DNA of 64,000 nt from Sulfolobales archaeon (GCA_038867615.1 JAWBYA010000001.1:352001-416000), one strand, 5' to 3'. Counted from the stretch's first letter, positions 9,480 to 20,020 are shown. Made by a program: numbers and translations. Notes: generated by a model from the letters alone, not told the origin.

Positions 9480-11159
9480 ATGCCGACAGTAGCTTCCTAT
9501 ATAGTTGAGGTTTTAAAACTCCTAGGCCTTAAGAGGATCTATGGGATAATAGGTACAACTATCCTTGACTTTATGGATGCCCTCTACGATTACAGAGAAG
9601 ATCTGAGGCTCGTAACAACAAGGCATGAGCAAGCCGCTGTCAGCATGGCCGATGCGGAGTATAGAGTTACGGGCAATCTAGGGGCTGTTGCGGTTCACGG
9701 AGGACCAGGGTTTCTGAACACAGCCCTCGGCCTGGGGATAGCTTTCAAGGATAGAGTACCACTGCTACTCATATCTGGGGGTGTTAAGAGGAGGCTCTAT
9801 GGAACTGACGCTATGCATGAGGTGGATCAGGTCAGCGTTGTGAGACCCATAACGAAATACGCTGCCAGGCTATCGAGGGAGGAAGAGCTTCCAAGCATTA
9901 TGGCTAAGGCTTTGCGGTTAGCTCTATCCAAACCCCGAGGTCCTGTGGTGCTAGAGGTTCCTGAGGATATGTGGAGGCGTCCCGTGAGCGCTGCTCCTAG
10001 CGATGCTCTCAGAGAATTAAAGATCGAGCCGATGAGGCCCCGCAGAGAGGATGTGGAGGAAATACTGGGCTATATGGTTAAGGCGGAGAAGCCCGCAATA
10101 TTAGTGTGTGGAGAAGCCGCTCTCCCCGGTGTTGAGCCTCTGCTCTTGGAGCTTGCATGGAGGGTTGGCGCTTATGTTATGGTTACTGGTAATGCCAGGG
10201 GTGCTTGCGACGAGAATGATCCTAGGTGTGTGGGGAGGGTTGGTTTTGGAGGAGGCTCTCTCCCGGCTGATAAGGTGTTGGAGGAGGCCGATCTTCTCCT
10301 AGTTCTGGGAGACGAGCTTGATGATATAGCTACCTATGGTTATAACATAGTCCCCAGAGGCGATGTTGTTATCGTTACCGAGAACAAGGGCGTAGAGGCA
10401 AGGCCGCTCTATTACTCAAAACTTGTCTATGCAGACCCCTACGAGGCCTTGAAAGCCCTGGTCGAGGTCTCAAGGGAAAGGGGTTTGGAGATCTCTAAAC
10501 CATCCTGGGATTCTGAGGTTGAGGGTTTCAAATCCCTCTGGAGATCCTCGATAGAAGAGGCTCTCTCGAGGAGATATGAGGGTTATGCCAACCCGTCTAG
10601 GTTCTTTAAGAGGCTTGGTGAGAAGCTCCCTGAGAGGTGTGTAATAACCGGGGGTCAGGGGGTGCACATAGTATACGCATATGACTTCATAAAGATCAGG
10701 AGGCCGAGAAGCTTCCTAGCAGCTACAAGGCTTGGAGCGATGGGCTATGCATTCCCCGCAGCCATAGGGGCTAAGCTAGCTCTCCCAGACCACGAGGTTA
10801 TAGCTGTAGTTGGTGATGGGGATTTTATGATGGGCGTGGGAGAGCTTGAGACAATCGTTAGGGAAAACATACCCGTCAAGGTTGTGGTTGTTAACGATAT
10901 GTCCTACAGGGTTCTTCTCCTAAGGCAAAAGATCCAGAGGAGGGGCAGGGTGATAGGAACCCTTCTAGAAAACCCTTCATTCGAGGCGCTTGCCAGGACA
11001 TTCGGGGCTCTCGGAGCCACGGTATCTGATGATGGTGAGATAGATAGTGTTATAGACGAGATGCTGGGATCGGATAAACCCTTCATAGTAGATCTTAGAA
11101 TAAGCCAGGAAGATGTACCGCCTCTCAATATAGAGGCATCGATTAGAATAGCGGAATAA
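9480..11159 (+). CDS. Thiamine diphosphate-dependent enzyme, acetolactate synthase-like family
   Basis: RHEQAAVSMADA, GGPGFLN, GAMGYAFPAAIG and GDGDFMM...VVND ThDP motif. Confidence 0.88.
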   Translation: MPTVASYIVEVLKLLGLKRIYGIIGTTILDFMDALYDYREDLRLVTTRHEQAAVSMADAEYRVTGNLGAVAVHGGPGFLNTALGLGIAFKDRVPLLLISGGVKRRLYGTDAMHEVDQVSVVRPITKYAARLSREEELPSIMAKALRLALSKPRGPVVLEVPEDMWRRPVSAAPSDALRELKIEPMRPRREDVEEILGYMVKAEKPAILVCGEAALPGVEPLLLELAWRVGAYVMVTGNARGACDENDPRCVGRVGFGGGSLPADKVLEEADLLLVLGDELDDIATYGYNIVPRGDVVIVTENKGVEARPLYYSKLVYADPYEALKALVEVSRERGLEISKPSWDSEVEGFKSLWRSSIEEALSRRYEGYANPSRFFKRLGEKLPERCVITGGQGVHIVYAYDFIKIRRPRSFLAATRLGAMGYAFPAAIGAKLALPDHEVIAVVGDGDFMMGVGELETIVRENIPVKVVVVNDMSYRVLLLRQKIQRRGRVIGTLLENPSFEALARTFGALGATVSDDGEIDSVIDEMLGSDKPFIVDLRISQEDVPPLNIEASIRIAE

Positions 11160-11305
11160 CGTCTTAAACGCTGCTCTACCGCTGTTAGGCTTTATAATGC
11201 TGGGCCCGCGATCTTGTAGATCTTTTCTTACCAGCTGGGTTTTAGACCATAGCGCTAGCTTCACGGTCGTCATAATTATTTATAAGATGGTTTTATAACT
11301 AGCAT

Positions 11306-13228
11306 ATGGGATTCATGTTGAGAAGTTATAGAACAGAGAAAAAATATATGGGAGTAATCCTCCCAATAGTCTTTATAACAGTATCCCTCCTATGGGGGCT
11401 TGTACCCCTAGCTAGTGCCCAACAATCAGTGCCCATCGATGTCAAGGAGCCTCCTAAGCATAGCTGCCCAGCTGTGGGTGGGGTTCTTAAGGTAGCGATC
11501 GGGAGTAAGCCGAATACCCTTAACTGGTTTGTGGCTGGGTCTAGCTGGGAGATCCTGGTTCTAACGCCGATATATAATAGGCTTGTTAGGTTCTATAACG
11601 GTACGCTGGTTAAAGAGGTTGCCCAGAGTATTGAGATGAGCCCTGATGGGAAGGTATATACGATAAAGATAGTTAGCGGGATAAAGTTCCACGATGGTAA
11701 ACCCTTAACAGCTGAGGATGTCGCCTTCACCATAAATATGCTTAGGAACTCTTCGTGGGCCTACTACTATGGTGTGTTTAGAAACGTTGATAGGGCAGAG
11801 GCTGTTGACCCCACGACGGTTAGGGTTTATATGAAAGTGGTTGATGCAGGCTTTGTTGAGAATGCTCTAAGCGTTATGAACATAATGCCCAAGCATATAT
11901 GGGAGCCCAAGTTCAGGGAGCTGGGTGACGGTGTTGCCAAGTATAACCCCAGCCTTAGCGAGCTTGTTGGAAGCGGCCCGTTCATAGTAACCGAGTTCCA
12001 GCCGGATCAGTTCATCAGCTATAAGGCTAACACTAACTACTGGCAGGGGAGGCCGTGCATTGATCAGCTGGTTATGAGCTTTATAGGCGATGCCAGCGTA
12101 GCCCTACTAGCCCTTGAAAAGGGAGATATACAGACATACTCAGGCTTTATAACACCGGAAGTAGTGCCTAGGCTTCTCTCCAACCCAAGTATAGCTATCC
12201 ATGTATATACTAGTGACTTCTACTACCACTGGGGGCTTAATAATAAGAAATGGCCTTTCAACATAACGCTCTTTAGAAAAGCCCTAGCATATGCTGTTGA
12301 CTATGACGCGATCATAAACACCGTCCTCATGGGCTATGGAGTGCGGGGTAGCCCTGGCTTCGTACCCCCATTCGGTGTTCATGCTAAGTGGTATAACCCC
12401 AACCTGGAATACTATACATATAATCTATCAAAAGCAGCAGAGATCCTGGATCAGTTGGGCTTCAAAGATATAGATGGGGATGGATGGAGAGAGGCTCCAG
12501 ACGGCTCTAAGTTTAAATTCGAGATCTACCCGCCTAGCTATGATATAATAAGGGTTAGGGCTGCGGAGATAATAGCTGATAGCCTTGCAAAGATCCCGAA
12601 GGGAGGCATAAAGGCTGAGGTAAGGATCGTTGAGTGGGCAACAGCATGGGCCCTTATAAGGGGTGGGCAGGTAGATACATGGCTCCTGGGAAGCGGTCCT
12701 GGTTACGATATATCGTGGCTCCAGACCAGGTTCCACTCCAAAGGATCTGCTAACTGGAATAGGTACTCCAACCCGGAGGTGGATAAGCTTATAGACCAGC
12801 TGGTAGCGGAGCTGGATCCTAATAAGAGGAGGGAGCTTGCATGGAAGATCCAGGAGATATTGGCAGACGAGGTACCGGCTGTAAACCTCTATTACAGGAA
12901 ATTCGTAGCACCATATAGAGTAGACGCTTTCGAAGGCTGGGTTAGGGTGACTGACGATGATCTGAACAACTGGTGGAACTTCCTCAACATATATTCAAAG
13001 ACCGGAAAGCCTGTGGCCCCAACACCGCCTCCCACAACACCCCTTACGACCCAGGTGGTTACACAGACTGTAGTGGCTGAGAGAACCGTCACACAGGTTG
13101 CGACCCTTACTCAGATGCAGCAGGCTCCCTCGATAGATCCTATGATGATATTAATGGTAGCAATAGCAGGGGTCGTGGTGGTTGCAGTAATAACAGCCCT
13201 CCTCTTGATGAGGAAGAGGGCTAGTTAG
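11306..13228 (+). CDS. Peptide/oligopeptide ABC transporter substrate-binding protein (family 5)
   Basis: Signal peptide, KFHDGKPLTAEDVAFT, GSGPF, Thr-rich stalk and C-terminal TM anchor. Confidence 0.9.
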   Translation: MGFMLRSYRTEKKYMGVILPIVFITVSLLWGLVPLASAQQSVPIDVKEPPKHSCPAVGGVLKVAIGSKPNTLNWFVAGSSWEILVLTPIYNRLVRFYNGTLVKEVAQSIEMSPDGKVYTIKIVSGIKFHDGKPLTAEDVAFTINMLRNSSWAYYYGVFRNVDRAEAVDPTTVRVYMKVVDAGFVENALSVMNIMPKHIWEPKFRELGDGVAKYNPSLSELVGSGPFIVTEFQPDQFISYKANTNYWQGRPCIDQLVMSFIGDASVALLALEKGDIQTYSGFITPEVVPRLLSNPSIAIHVYTSDFYYHWGLNNKKWPFNITLFRKALAYAVDYDAIINTVLMGYGVRGSPGFVPPFGVHAKWYNPNLEYYTYNLSKAAEILDQLGFKDIDGDGWREAPDGSKFKFEIYPPSYDIIRVRAAEIIADSLAKIPKGGIKAEVRIVEWATAWALIRGGQVDTWLLGSGPGYDISWLQTRFHSKGSANWNRYSNPEVDKLIDQLVAELDPNKRRELAWKIQEILADEVPAVNLYYRKFVAPYRVDAFEGWVRVTDDDLNNWWNFLNIYSKTGKPVAPTPPPTTPLTTQVVTQTVVAERTVTQVATLTQMQQAPSIDPMMILMVAIAGVVVVAVITALLLMRKRAS

Positions 13229-14200
13229 ATGTCATTAGCAAGTTTTTTAGCTAAGAAGATCGTTTCCTCCGTACTCACGATCCTAGCTATCCTAACCCTG
13301 GTTTTTTTCCTAGTAAGATTAACCGGGGATCCTTTTGCAGAGCTTGAGAACGATCCCAGGATAACGCCTGAGACTCTACAAGCCCTCAGAAGACTCTATG
13401 GCATGGATAAGGGTGTGGTGGAGCAGTACATATCATATGTCCATAACATGCTGATCGGGGAGATGGGGTATTCCGTAAAGTTCTCCAAACCCGTTTTCGA
13501 TGCTATTATGGAGAGGCTTCCATACACACTAGCACTCCTAGTCCCCTCGATAACACTCTCTAACTATCTAGCCTACAAAATAGGGGTTGAGATGGGGTAT
13601 AGGAGGGGCTCTAGGCTTGATATAACCACGCTAGCCCTATCGAACTTCCTCAGGGCTACTCCCTATTTCTGGCTAGCCATAATATTTCTCTACGTATTCT
13701 CGGTACAGCTAGGGCTCTTCCCACTATATGGAGCTATAAGCCCCGGCCTCTCCTTCCCATCGTTCGAGTGGTTTGTAGACTATCTATGGCACTACGCGAT
13801 CCCGTTCCTCGTTCTCGTCGTTAGAGGGACTTTTATTTTTGTGCTCTATGTGAGGAACTCTGTGATAGATATACTTGGTGAGGACTATGTTGCTGTTGCG
13901 AGGGCTAAGGGGCTGCCTGAGAAGGCTGTTAAGAGCTCCTATGTTGCTAGAAACGCTATGCTTCCAATGATAACAGTTATGGGGCTTAGGTACGCTTTCA
14001 TAATAGATGGGGCTATCCTCACCGAAACAGTGTTCTCCTACCCGGGTACGGGGAGGCTGGTTTTCGAGGCGATTATTAATAGGGATTTCTGGCTTCTCCA
14101 GGGAGTGATGGTGATACTGTCTATAAGCGTTGTGCTTGCTAACTTGATAGTAGATCTGCTATACGCCTTACTAGATCCTAGGGTGAGGTCTCAGAGGTGA
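13229..14200 (+). CDS. Peptide ABC transporter permease (DppB/OppB-like)
   Basis: GDPF, ERLPYTLAL, EAA loop ARAKGL, ETVFSYPG and LDPRVR. Confidence 0.9.
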   Translation: MSLASFLAKKIVSSVLTILAILTLVFFLVRLTGDPFAELENDPRITPETLQALRRLYGMDKGVVEQYISYVHNMLIGEMGYSVKFSKPVFDAIMERLPYTLALLVPSITLSNYLAYKIGVEMGYRRGSRLDITTLALSNFLRATPYFWLAIIFLYVFSVQLGLFPLYGAISPGLSFPSFEWFVDYLWHYAIPFLVLVVRGTFIFVLYVRNSVIDILGEDYVAVARAKGLPEKAVKSSYVARNAMLPMITVMGLRYAFIIDGAILTETVFSYPGTGRLVFEAIINRDFWLLQGVMVILSISVVLANLIVDLLYALLDPRVRSQR

Positions 14201-14207
14201 TCTTGGG

Positions 14208-15083
14208 ATGGCTGTGAGAGCTGTATTTGGTGTGAGAGAAACAATAGGGATCGTGTTCTCATCAGCATCGGCTAGAATAGGGCTAGCGATACTCCTAGTA
14301 TTAGTATTAATAGCCCTACTAGCAGACCTCATAGCCCCATACAACCCTGGGGAGAGGGTATCCCAGGCCCTGATGCCTCCGAACGAGAAGCATATCCTGG
14401 GTACAGATGATCTTGGGAGAGATATCTTCTCACAACTCATACACTCAACAAGGCTCTCACTATTAATAGGATTCATATCAGCCCTAGCCGCAACGCTCAT
14501 AGGAACAGTCATAGGGCTGCTTGCCGGCTACTATGGTGGGAAACTGGATGAGGTGTTGATGAGGATAACAGATCTATGGCTAGCCTTACCAAACCTCCTC
14601 TTCACAATACTGCTTGTAGTGCTCTTCGCCCCACAGGTTGGGAACAGGATCGTGCCTATAGTGGTTGCAATAGCCCTTGGGTCTTGGCCCACTGCTGCGA
14701 GACTTATAAGATCTGCTGTTATCTCACTCAAGCAGAGCCAGTATATAGAGAGTGCGAGAGCCCTTGGAGCTAGTAACGCTAGGATCATCTTTAAACATAT
14801 ACTTCCCAACACGTCGTCTCTGATAATAATAGAGGTGATAACCCTCATGGGTAACGCTATGCTAACAGAAGCATCGCTAAGCTTTCTAGGGCTCGGAGAT
14901 CCTAGGGCTATGAGTTGGGGAATGATGCTCCACTACGCCTTGGCAAGGAACGCTATATATCTAGGGATGTGGTGGTGGTTTATACCTCCAGGGCTCATGA
15001 TAAGCTTAGCAGTATTGGCAGTGATCCTTATTGGCGTAGGGCTTGAGGAGTACTTCAACCCGAGGCTCAGGAGAAGGCTGTGA
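14208..15083 (+). CDS. Peptide ABC transporter permease (DppC/OppC-like)
   Basis: HILGTDDLGRD, YIESARALGAS, HILPN, EASLSFLGLG and NPRLR. Confidence 0.9.
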   Translation: MAVRAVFGVRETIGIVFSSASARIGLAILLVLVLIALLADLIAPYNPGERVSQALMPPNEKHILGTDDLGRDIFSQLIHSTRLSLLIGFISALAATLIGTVIGLLAGYYGGKLDEVLMRITDLWLALPNLLFTILLVVLFAPQVGNRIVPIVVAIALGSWPTAARLIRSAVISLKQSQYIESARALGASNARIIFKHILPNTSSLIIIEVITLMGNAMLTEASLSFLGLGDPRAMSWGMMLHYALARNAIYLGMWWWFIPPGLMISLAVLAVILIGVGLEEYFNPRLRRRL

Positions 15084-15239
15084 ATCGCGATACCGAGTAT
15101 TAAAAAACAGTTCTTTTTTAACTTTCCTCCCCTCTATAAGTGTTAGTCTAACTGACCGCTTGATCTATTCAGCGTGTTTTGGCCGGTTAGTGTAGAAGAT
15201 CTGGCGTTGCTAAGACCCAGCAGATCTTCTGGAGCGGTT

Positions 15240-16241
15240 TTATATGGATATAAAGTGCTCATAACCTATCCTAGGAATGGTTCTCCCACTATATCTAAGC
15301 CCAACGCCCTGTTCTTTGGTTATCTCTCCATAGATCTCTGCTATGATTCCTATTCCTCTCATCTCTTCTACCAGGTTATCGGCACACTGATCTTCGACTG
15401 CTAGGACTAACTCGTATTCCTCTCCCCCATTGAATACTATATCTAACGGATCTGCTCCCATCTCCTTTGAGATCTCCTCGGCGCGGGGGTCTATGGGTAT
15501 TCTGTGGATCTCTATTACTCGGCCTGAGGCTTCTGATAATAGGTAGAGCGATTCTGCAAGGCTGTCGGAGACATCTACGGATCCTCTTATGCATCCTCTA
15601 TATTTCTCTAAAACTTTGAGGGCATCGATCCTAGCCTTGGGTCTTGAGGTTGCGTTCCTAACCTCTATGGGGATATCCTCGACTCCTACGGATCCTTTTA
15701 AGAGGTTCTCATAATATATCCTGGCAAGCCCGCTATAGCCATATAGACCTGTTATGATTATTCTATCCCCCTCGCTACCTGCTCTCGGGATTGGTTCTTT
15801 CGATGTGTATCCTATGCAGGCAACATCGATCCATAGATCCTCTTTCGAGGAGTTCGTATCGCCTCCAGCGAAGAAGCCTCTGTAGTGTGTGAGGGCTTCT
15901 TTAAAGCCTAGGATGACATCGAAGGCTTCTTCGGCGTTGAGGCTAGGAGGGGCTCCTATGGAGATCATGTATATATATGGAAACCCACCCTTAGCTATAA
16001 CATCGCTAGCACACGATGTTGCCGCTTTCCATCCTAGATCGCTGTATGTGTTCCAGGGATATTTAGAGCTATATGCTGAGAACCCATCTATCTTGAAGAT
16101 CACGTAGGATCCGCCTAGGGGTTGCGAGGCTGCGTCATCCCCGGGTGCTAGGGGGCCTGGTATCCAGAGGTTTGAGAGGATCTCTAGGGATCTAGCTATA
16201 AAGCCCTTCTCGCCCAGCTCGGAGAGCCTCTTACGATCCAT
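15240..16241 (-). CDS. thiL: Thiamine-monophosphate kinase
   Basis: LGEKGFI, GDDAA, SDVIAKGG, GGDTN, DVSDSL and GGEEYEL. Confidence 0.88.
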   Translation of the reverse strand: MDRKRLSELGEKGFIARSLEILSNLWIPGPLAPGDDAASQPLGGSYVIFKIDGFSAYSSKYPWNTYSDLGWKAATSCASDVIAKGGFPYIYMISIGAPPSLNAEEAFDVILGFKEALTHYRGFFAGGDTNSSKEDLWIDVACIGYTSKEPIPRAGSEGDRIIITGLYGYSGLARIYYENLLKGSVGVEDIPIEVRNATSRPKARIDALKVLEKYRGCIRGSVDVSDSLAESLYLLSEASGRVIEIHRIPIDPRAEEISKEMGADPLDIVFNGGEEYELVLAVEDQCADNLVEEMRGIGIIAEIYGEITKEQGVGLRYSGRTIPRIGYEHFISI

Positions 16242-16289
16242 ATTAGCCCGGGATATATTATGCTTAGAGGCATATTTTGGTGAAGCTCT

Positions 16290-16844
16290 ATGAACGCCGT
16301 TGAGACCATAATCCTCATAGCCCTAGCCCTCGGGATCTGGTACCCGCTGGGATCCTGGGCTGGTAGGAGGCTTATGAGGAGAAAGGCATCAACATGTATA
16401 GAGAGAGGATCTCTAAGGATCATAACACCAAGCTCTGTTCTCGTCGAGCACAAGATCCCTGGGTATAAATATATAGGGATCTATATAGAATGGCTACCAT
16501 TCGAAAACCCATTCAACCTAGCAGCAAAACTCGCTGTGAGGAGGAGCCCGATAGCGGTGATAAAGATCCAGCCTGAAGAACCTATCCCGGGAGAGGCGAG
16601 CATAACGAAAAGCGAGATCCAGGGTAGCGCGGGAGAGCTGGTAGGAGGGTATAGAGTAATATATAGAGGGATATCGAAGCAGAGGCTTAAAAACATAGTA
16701 GAAGCCCTACAGAGAACAGGCTTTGACAAACTAGTAATAGGATCAAAACCCAACATAACAATAATAACCAGGATAAGGGGTCAGGAGTGCATCAACCTCC
16801 TAGAAAACTCACTGAAACTAGTCAAAGAGATCTCAAGAGAATAG
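16290..16844 (+). CDS. Hypothetical protein with N-terminal TM helix
   Basis: 184-aa ORF with genome-typical codon use, divergent from thiL. Confidence 0.6.
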   Translation: MNAVETIILIALALGIWYPLGSWAGRRLMRRKASTCIERGSLRIITPSSVLVEHKIPGYKYIGIYIEWLPFENPFNLAAKLAVRRSPIAVIKIQPEEPIPGEASITKSEIQGSAGELVGGYRVIYRGISKQRLKNIVEALQRTGFDKLVIGSKPNITIITRIRGQECINLLENSLKLVKEISRE

Positions 16845-17068
16845 TATAGACTAGCAACCCAAAGACTATATAGCGCGGAGACCTCTACCTTTCAGCCCCA
16901 CCGGTCGAAGCACTCGAGACAAGATCTAGATAAACCCAGCCCAACATGTTCACACGTTTTAGCGTAGACTTTCGTTATTCCGATCCTCTTCTCCCATATA
17001 GTTTCAAAGTCAGGTAATGCCCAGAGGGTATGGATGGTTGTTGTGTTCCTCTCTATTGTGGTGCTCTC

Positions 17069-17902
17069 TCAAGACCTATGTTTAGCTATATATGAGATCA
17101 GATCTTCACGCCTTAGCCTATATCGCCAAGCTGGTCTAGCTATTGGCATTACGTAGAGCGGGTGTTCATTATCCCCCGCTCCTATTAGTTTTCTAAGCTC
17201 GTCATCGTAGAAGGCCCCTATAGCTACTGTAGCCAGTCCTAGGGATGTTGCTTGTAGATATACGTTCTGGCCAGCATGTCCAACCTCGATCCAGACATAC
17301 CTAACCCCTCTCTCACCATACCTATTAGTGGTTCTCTCATACACTGCTGTGAATACCAAAACAGCCTTTGCCTTCAAAACCCATTCCTGGTTAACACATA
17401 CTCTATAGAGCTCGCTACTCAGATCCCCTGCCCTGACTAGTCTAAGCCTGTGGGAGTGGGGCTCATATATATAGGAGCCCTCGGCCAGGGCCTTGCCTTC
17501 AGGTATAATTACTCCCCCGGGATAGATCACGGCATAGATGTTTAGAGGGTATGTAGCACCAGCGCTTGGCGTTGTTTTAAATCCATATATAGTCTCGCTC
17601 ACACCATAGGATGCCCAGAGGATTTGGGAGAGCTCGTCTAGTGTTAACGGCTCGTCTAGATACTCCCTGATACTCCTTCTATTAGCTAGTGCGCTCTCAA
17701 CACTGACCCCTCCATCTAGCATGGGGGCTGGGAGATCTATATAGCCCTTGCCAACAGCATAGATCTCTTTATCCCTTACTGCTTGCCCAGGTTTGCTGGG
17801 ACCGCGGGCGATATAGATCAGTATCGAGGGTATTGTGAGTGCTGTAGCAACCGCTGTGGCGAGGGATGATAGGAAAAGTCTTCTGGAGATCATGCTCTCC
17901 AT
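17069..17902 (-). CDS. SagB/ThcOx-type nitroreductase-family protein with Tat signal
   Basis: RRSIREY, TTPSAGATYP, EVGHAGQNVYL and AIGAFYD. N-terminal SRRLFL followed by a hydrophobic stretch. Confidence 0.88.
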   Translation of the reverse strand: MESMISRRLFLSSLATAVATALTIPSILIYIARGPSKPGQAVRDKEIYAVGKGYIDLPAPMLDGGVSVESALANRRSIREYLDEPLTLDELSQILWASYGVSETIYGFKTTPSAGATYPLNIYAVIYPGGVIIPEGKALAEGSYIYEPHSHRLRLVRAGDLSSELYRVCVNQEWVLKAKAVLVFTAVYERTTNRYGERGVRYVWIEVGHAGQNVYLQATSLGLATVAIGAFYDDELRKLIGAGDNEHPLYVMPIARPAWRYRLRREDLISYIAKHRS

Positions 17903-17941
17903 CTATAAATCCCCTGGAGGCTTAAATCACGGGAAACCTCC

Positions 17942-18295
17942 ATGATAGGTATCTCGATCCTCATCATGATAGTGTCGGGAGTCTTACTAGCACCCCTAGC
18001 ACTTCTAGCCGTGCTATCCGGCTACTGTATGAAATCCGAGAGGATTACAGGTATTCTTACAGCAGGAATCCTGGGTGAGTATCATTTGTGCTCAAAGCTC
18101 CACGCAGAGATAATCCCCGAGCTCTTAGCCATAGTAGGTACGATCCACGCTCTAGCCGTGGCTGAATCCCTATATGCGAAATACAATAGATCGAGCAGGA
18201 TTCTCAAAGCCCTCTTACTGGCATATAGATCTGCATCCTGGATCTCAGCATGGATCGCATTATCCCTAGCTACAATATATATAGTTCTATACTAG
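17942..18295 (+). CDS. Small membrane protein (about 3 TM, His-containing)
   Basis: Hydrophobic 117-aa ORF, divergent from the SagB-like gene. Confidence 0.55.
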   Translation: MIGISILIMIVSGVLLAPLALLAVLSGYCMKSERITGILTAGILGEYHLCSKLHAEIIPELLAIVGTIHALAVAESLYAKYNRSSRILKALLLAYRSASWISAWIALSLATIYIVLY

Positions 18296-18430
18296 ATCCA
18301 GCAAACACTCCTAGCAATATGTAGCCTAAGACTCAAAAGTAATGCTTAGCAGATCTTGACATTAAGGCTCGCTAAGTATGGCTTTAAATAAACTCATATG
18401 GGATCTTGAACATATATATAGGGGGTTTAG

Positions 18431-18835
18431 CTGTCCTACGATCGGTATCGAGACTGGCTTGACGAGGCTATAGATGATCTAGAGGCTGCTAGGGAGATGC
18501 AGAGGCTGGGTAGATATAGCAAAGCTTGCTTCTTCTCCCACCAGGCTGCTGAGAAGGCTCTCAAAGCCCTAATGATCAAGAAGCTTGGCATATACGATCC
18601 GATCCACAGTGTTGCAGAGCTTCTGAGAAGACTCTCAAGATCGATCGAGGTTGAAGGAGGACTTATTGAGAAAGGAGAGCTTCTAGACAGGTTCTATATC
18701 CCTACTAGATATCCAAACGCATGGCCATGGGGAGCACCTCACAAACACTACACCAGGGAAGACGCTGAGAAAGCTCTCCTATACGCTGATGAGGTGCTGG
18801 GGTTTGTTAAGAGAGAGATTGAGAGAAATCCTTAA
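18431..18835 (+). CDS. HEPN domain protein
   Basis: WLDEAIDDLEAA...ACFFSHQAAEKALKA...HS...YIPTRYP. The conserved N-terminal helix lies upstream of the track ATG (18497), back to CTG at 18431. Confidence 0.85.
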   Translation: MSYDRYRDWLDEAIDDLEAAREMQRLGRYSKACFFSHQAAEKALKALMIKKLGIYDPIHSVAELLRRLSRSIEVEGGLIEKGELLDRFYIPTRYPNAWPWGAPHKHYTREDAEKALLYADEVLGFVKREIERNP

Positions 18836-19172
18836 CAAGCCTAACACACAGGATCTCACGGATCTTCTGGAAGAGCTGATCTCAGAGCTAATAAGGAGGT
18901 TCGATCCCGTTGCAGTCATAGTAGCAGGCTCGCTAGCTAGATCCAGATTTGTCAGAGGATTAAGCGATATAGATCTCTTAGTAATCACACAGCACGAGCC
19001 CCCTAAGCACGAGAGATTCCTTCTAAGAGCAGTTAAAGACGTTAACGTAGAGATCACGGTATATTCTGTAGATGAGGTAAGGCTAGCAATCAAACGGAGC
19101 AACCAATTCATAATCGATGCTATTAAAAACGGGATCAAGGTATATGATCGCGGTTTAGAATTAAACCCATAG
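18819..19172 (+). CDS. Minimal nucleotidyltransferase (MNT), partner of HEPN
   Basis: AGSLAR...SDIDLLV motif. Overlaps the HEPN gene. Likely TTG start at 18819. Confidence 0.85.
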   Translation: MREILNKPNTQDLTDLLEELISELIRRFDPVAVIVAGSLARSRFVRGLSDIDLLVITQHEPPKHERFLLRAVKDVNVEITVYSVDEVRLAIKRSNQFIIDAIKNGIKVYDRGLELNP

Positions 19173-19351
19173 CGTGATACGAGTGCTACAAACATTCTTC
19201 GTATTCTTCGTTTGAAACATCGAGCTATAGGCTAGAAGAGGTTGTGAGAACCATTTCCTCAAAATCGTACTCCTCTCATTAAGGTGACGCGTATAGATCT
19301 GCTTATTTATTAACTCGATCCTTAAATTTATATAAGAGGTATAAGAATGCT

Positions 19352-19690
19352 ATGAAGCTGCCTGAGGCATTGGCTATAGCTTCTATCACTACAGCAATTA
19401 TCTCTGCTTTGATCGTAATCGGCTTAATCAGAGAAAAAAGAAGAAGCAGGGTTCTCGGGCCTGAGATGATGATCATATATAGGGTGGATGGACACCTAGT
19501 AGATGTAACAGAAGAGGTAAGGGAATACCTACCAAAGGAGCTTATCGAGAAACTTCAACAAAAAGCGCTAGAAGTAATTAAAATAAAGTATAAAAAATAC
19601 GAAGTTAGGCTAAGAATCGTAATCGCTTTAATAGCTGCAACAATCTTTATAATACAATTAATTATTTTATTAACGCTATTTGATCCCTGA
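19352..19690 (+). CDS. Hypothetical two-TM membrane protein
   Basis: 112 aa with hydrophobic N- and C-termini, in AT-rich DNA, converging on the repeat array. Confidence 0.6.
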   Translation: MKLPEALAIASITTAIISALIVIGLIREKRRSRVLGPEMMIIYRVDGHLVDVTEEVREYLPKELIEKLQQKALEVIKIKYKKYEVRLRIVIALIAATIFIIQLIILLTLFDP

Positions 19691-19757
19691 TAGATCGTCT
19701 AAAATATAATCGGCCATACTAAGGGTAACGGTATAAAAATTATTTGTTAGCTCTATT

Positions 19758-19940
19758 CTAGTGTGAATATCTCGCCCACAATCTGAGCGCAACAGCGATA
19801 ATAAGGAGTGAGAATAATAAGACATCGAACATGTTTTCGACTATCAAGGCTACCAATATGCTAGCTGTTCCGAGAACCATGGTCACGATATCTACATGAT
19901 GCTCTTTTAATGATTTTACCAGCTCTTTTACTCGATTCAT
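19758..19940 (-). CDS. Small two-TM protein, B-type unit of the tandem array (putative immunity)
   Basis: MNR...MVLGTASILVALIVE...SLLIIA aligns by eye with the second half of 20031-20411. Confidence 0.65.
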   Translation of the reverse strand: MNRVKELVKSLKEHHVDIVTMVLGTASILVALIVENMFDVLLFSLLIIAVALRLWARYSH

Positions 19941-19960
19941 TGCTCAAAGATCGCCTCTGT

Positions 19961-20020
19961 TCAGCTTATTGATGTAAACCTCTCCTTTAATAATATAATT
20001 ACGCTGACGATAATAAAGCT
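19961..20020 (-). pseudogene. Remnant C-terminus of an A-type array unit
   Basis: Reads SFIIVSVIILLKERFTSIS*, compared with SLFIIAGVLVLLGERLASTG* of 20476-20649. It is followed by the same intergenic motif that leads into ATGAAT. Confidence 0.6.

Noticed and set aside
17069-17902. SagB-like protein as azole-forming maturase of the Cys-rich peptide
   Set aside because: No YcaO/cyclodehydratase is in the window, stand-alone SagB-like proteins are common in archaea, and the gene lies outside the AT-rich island.
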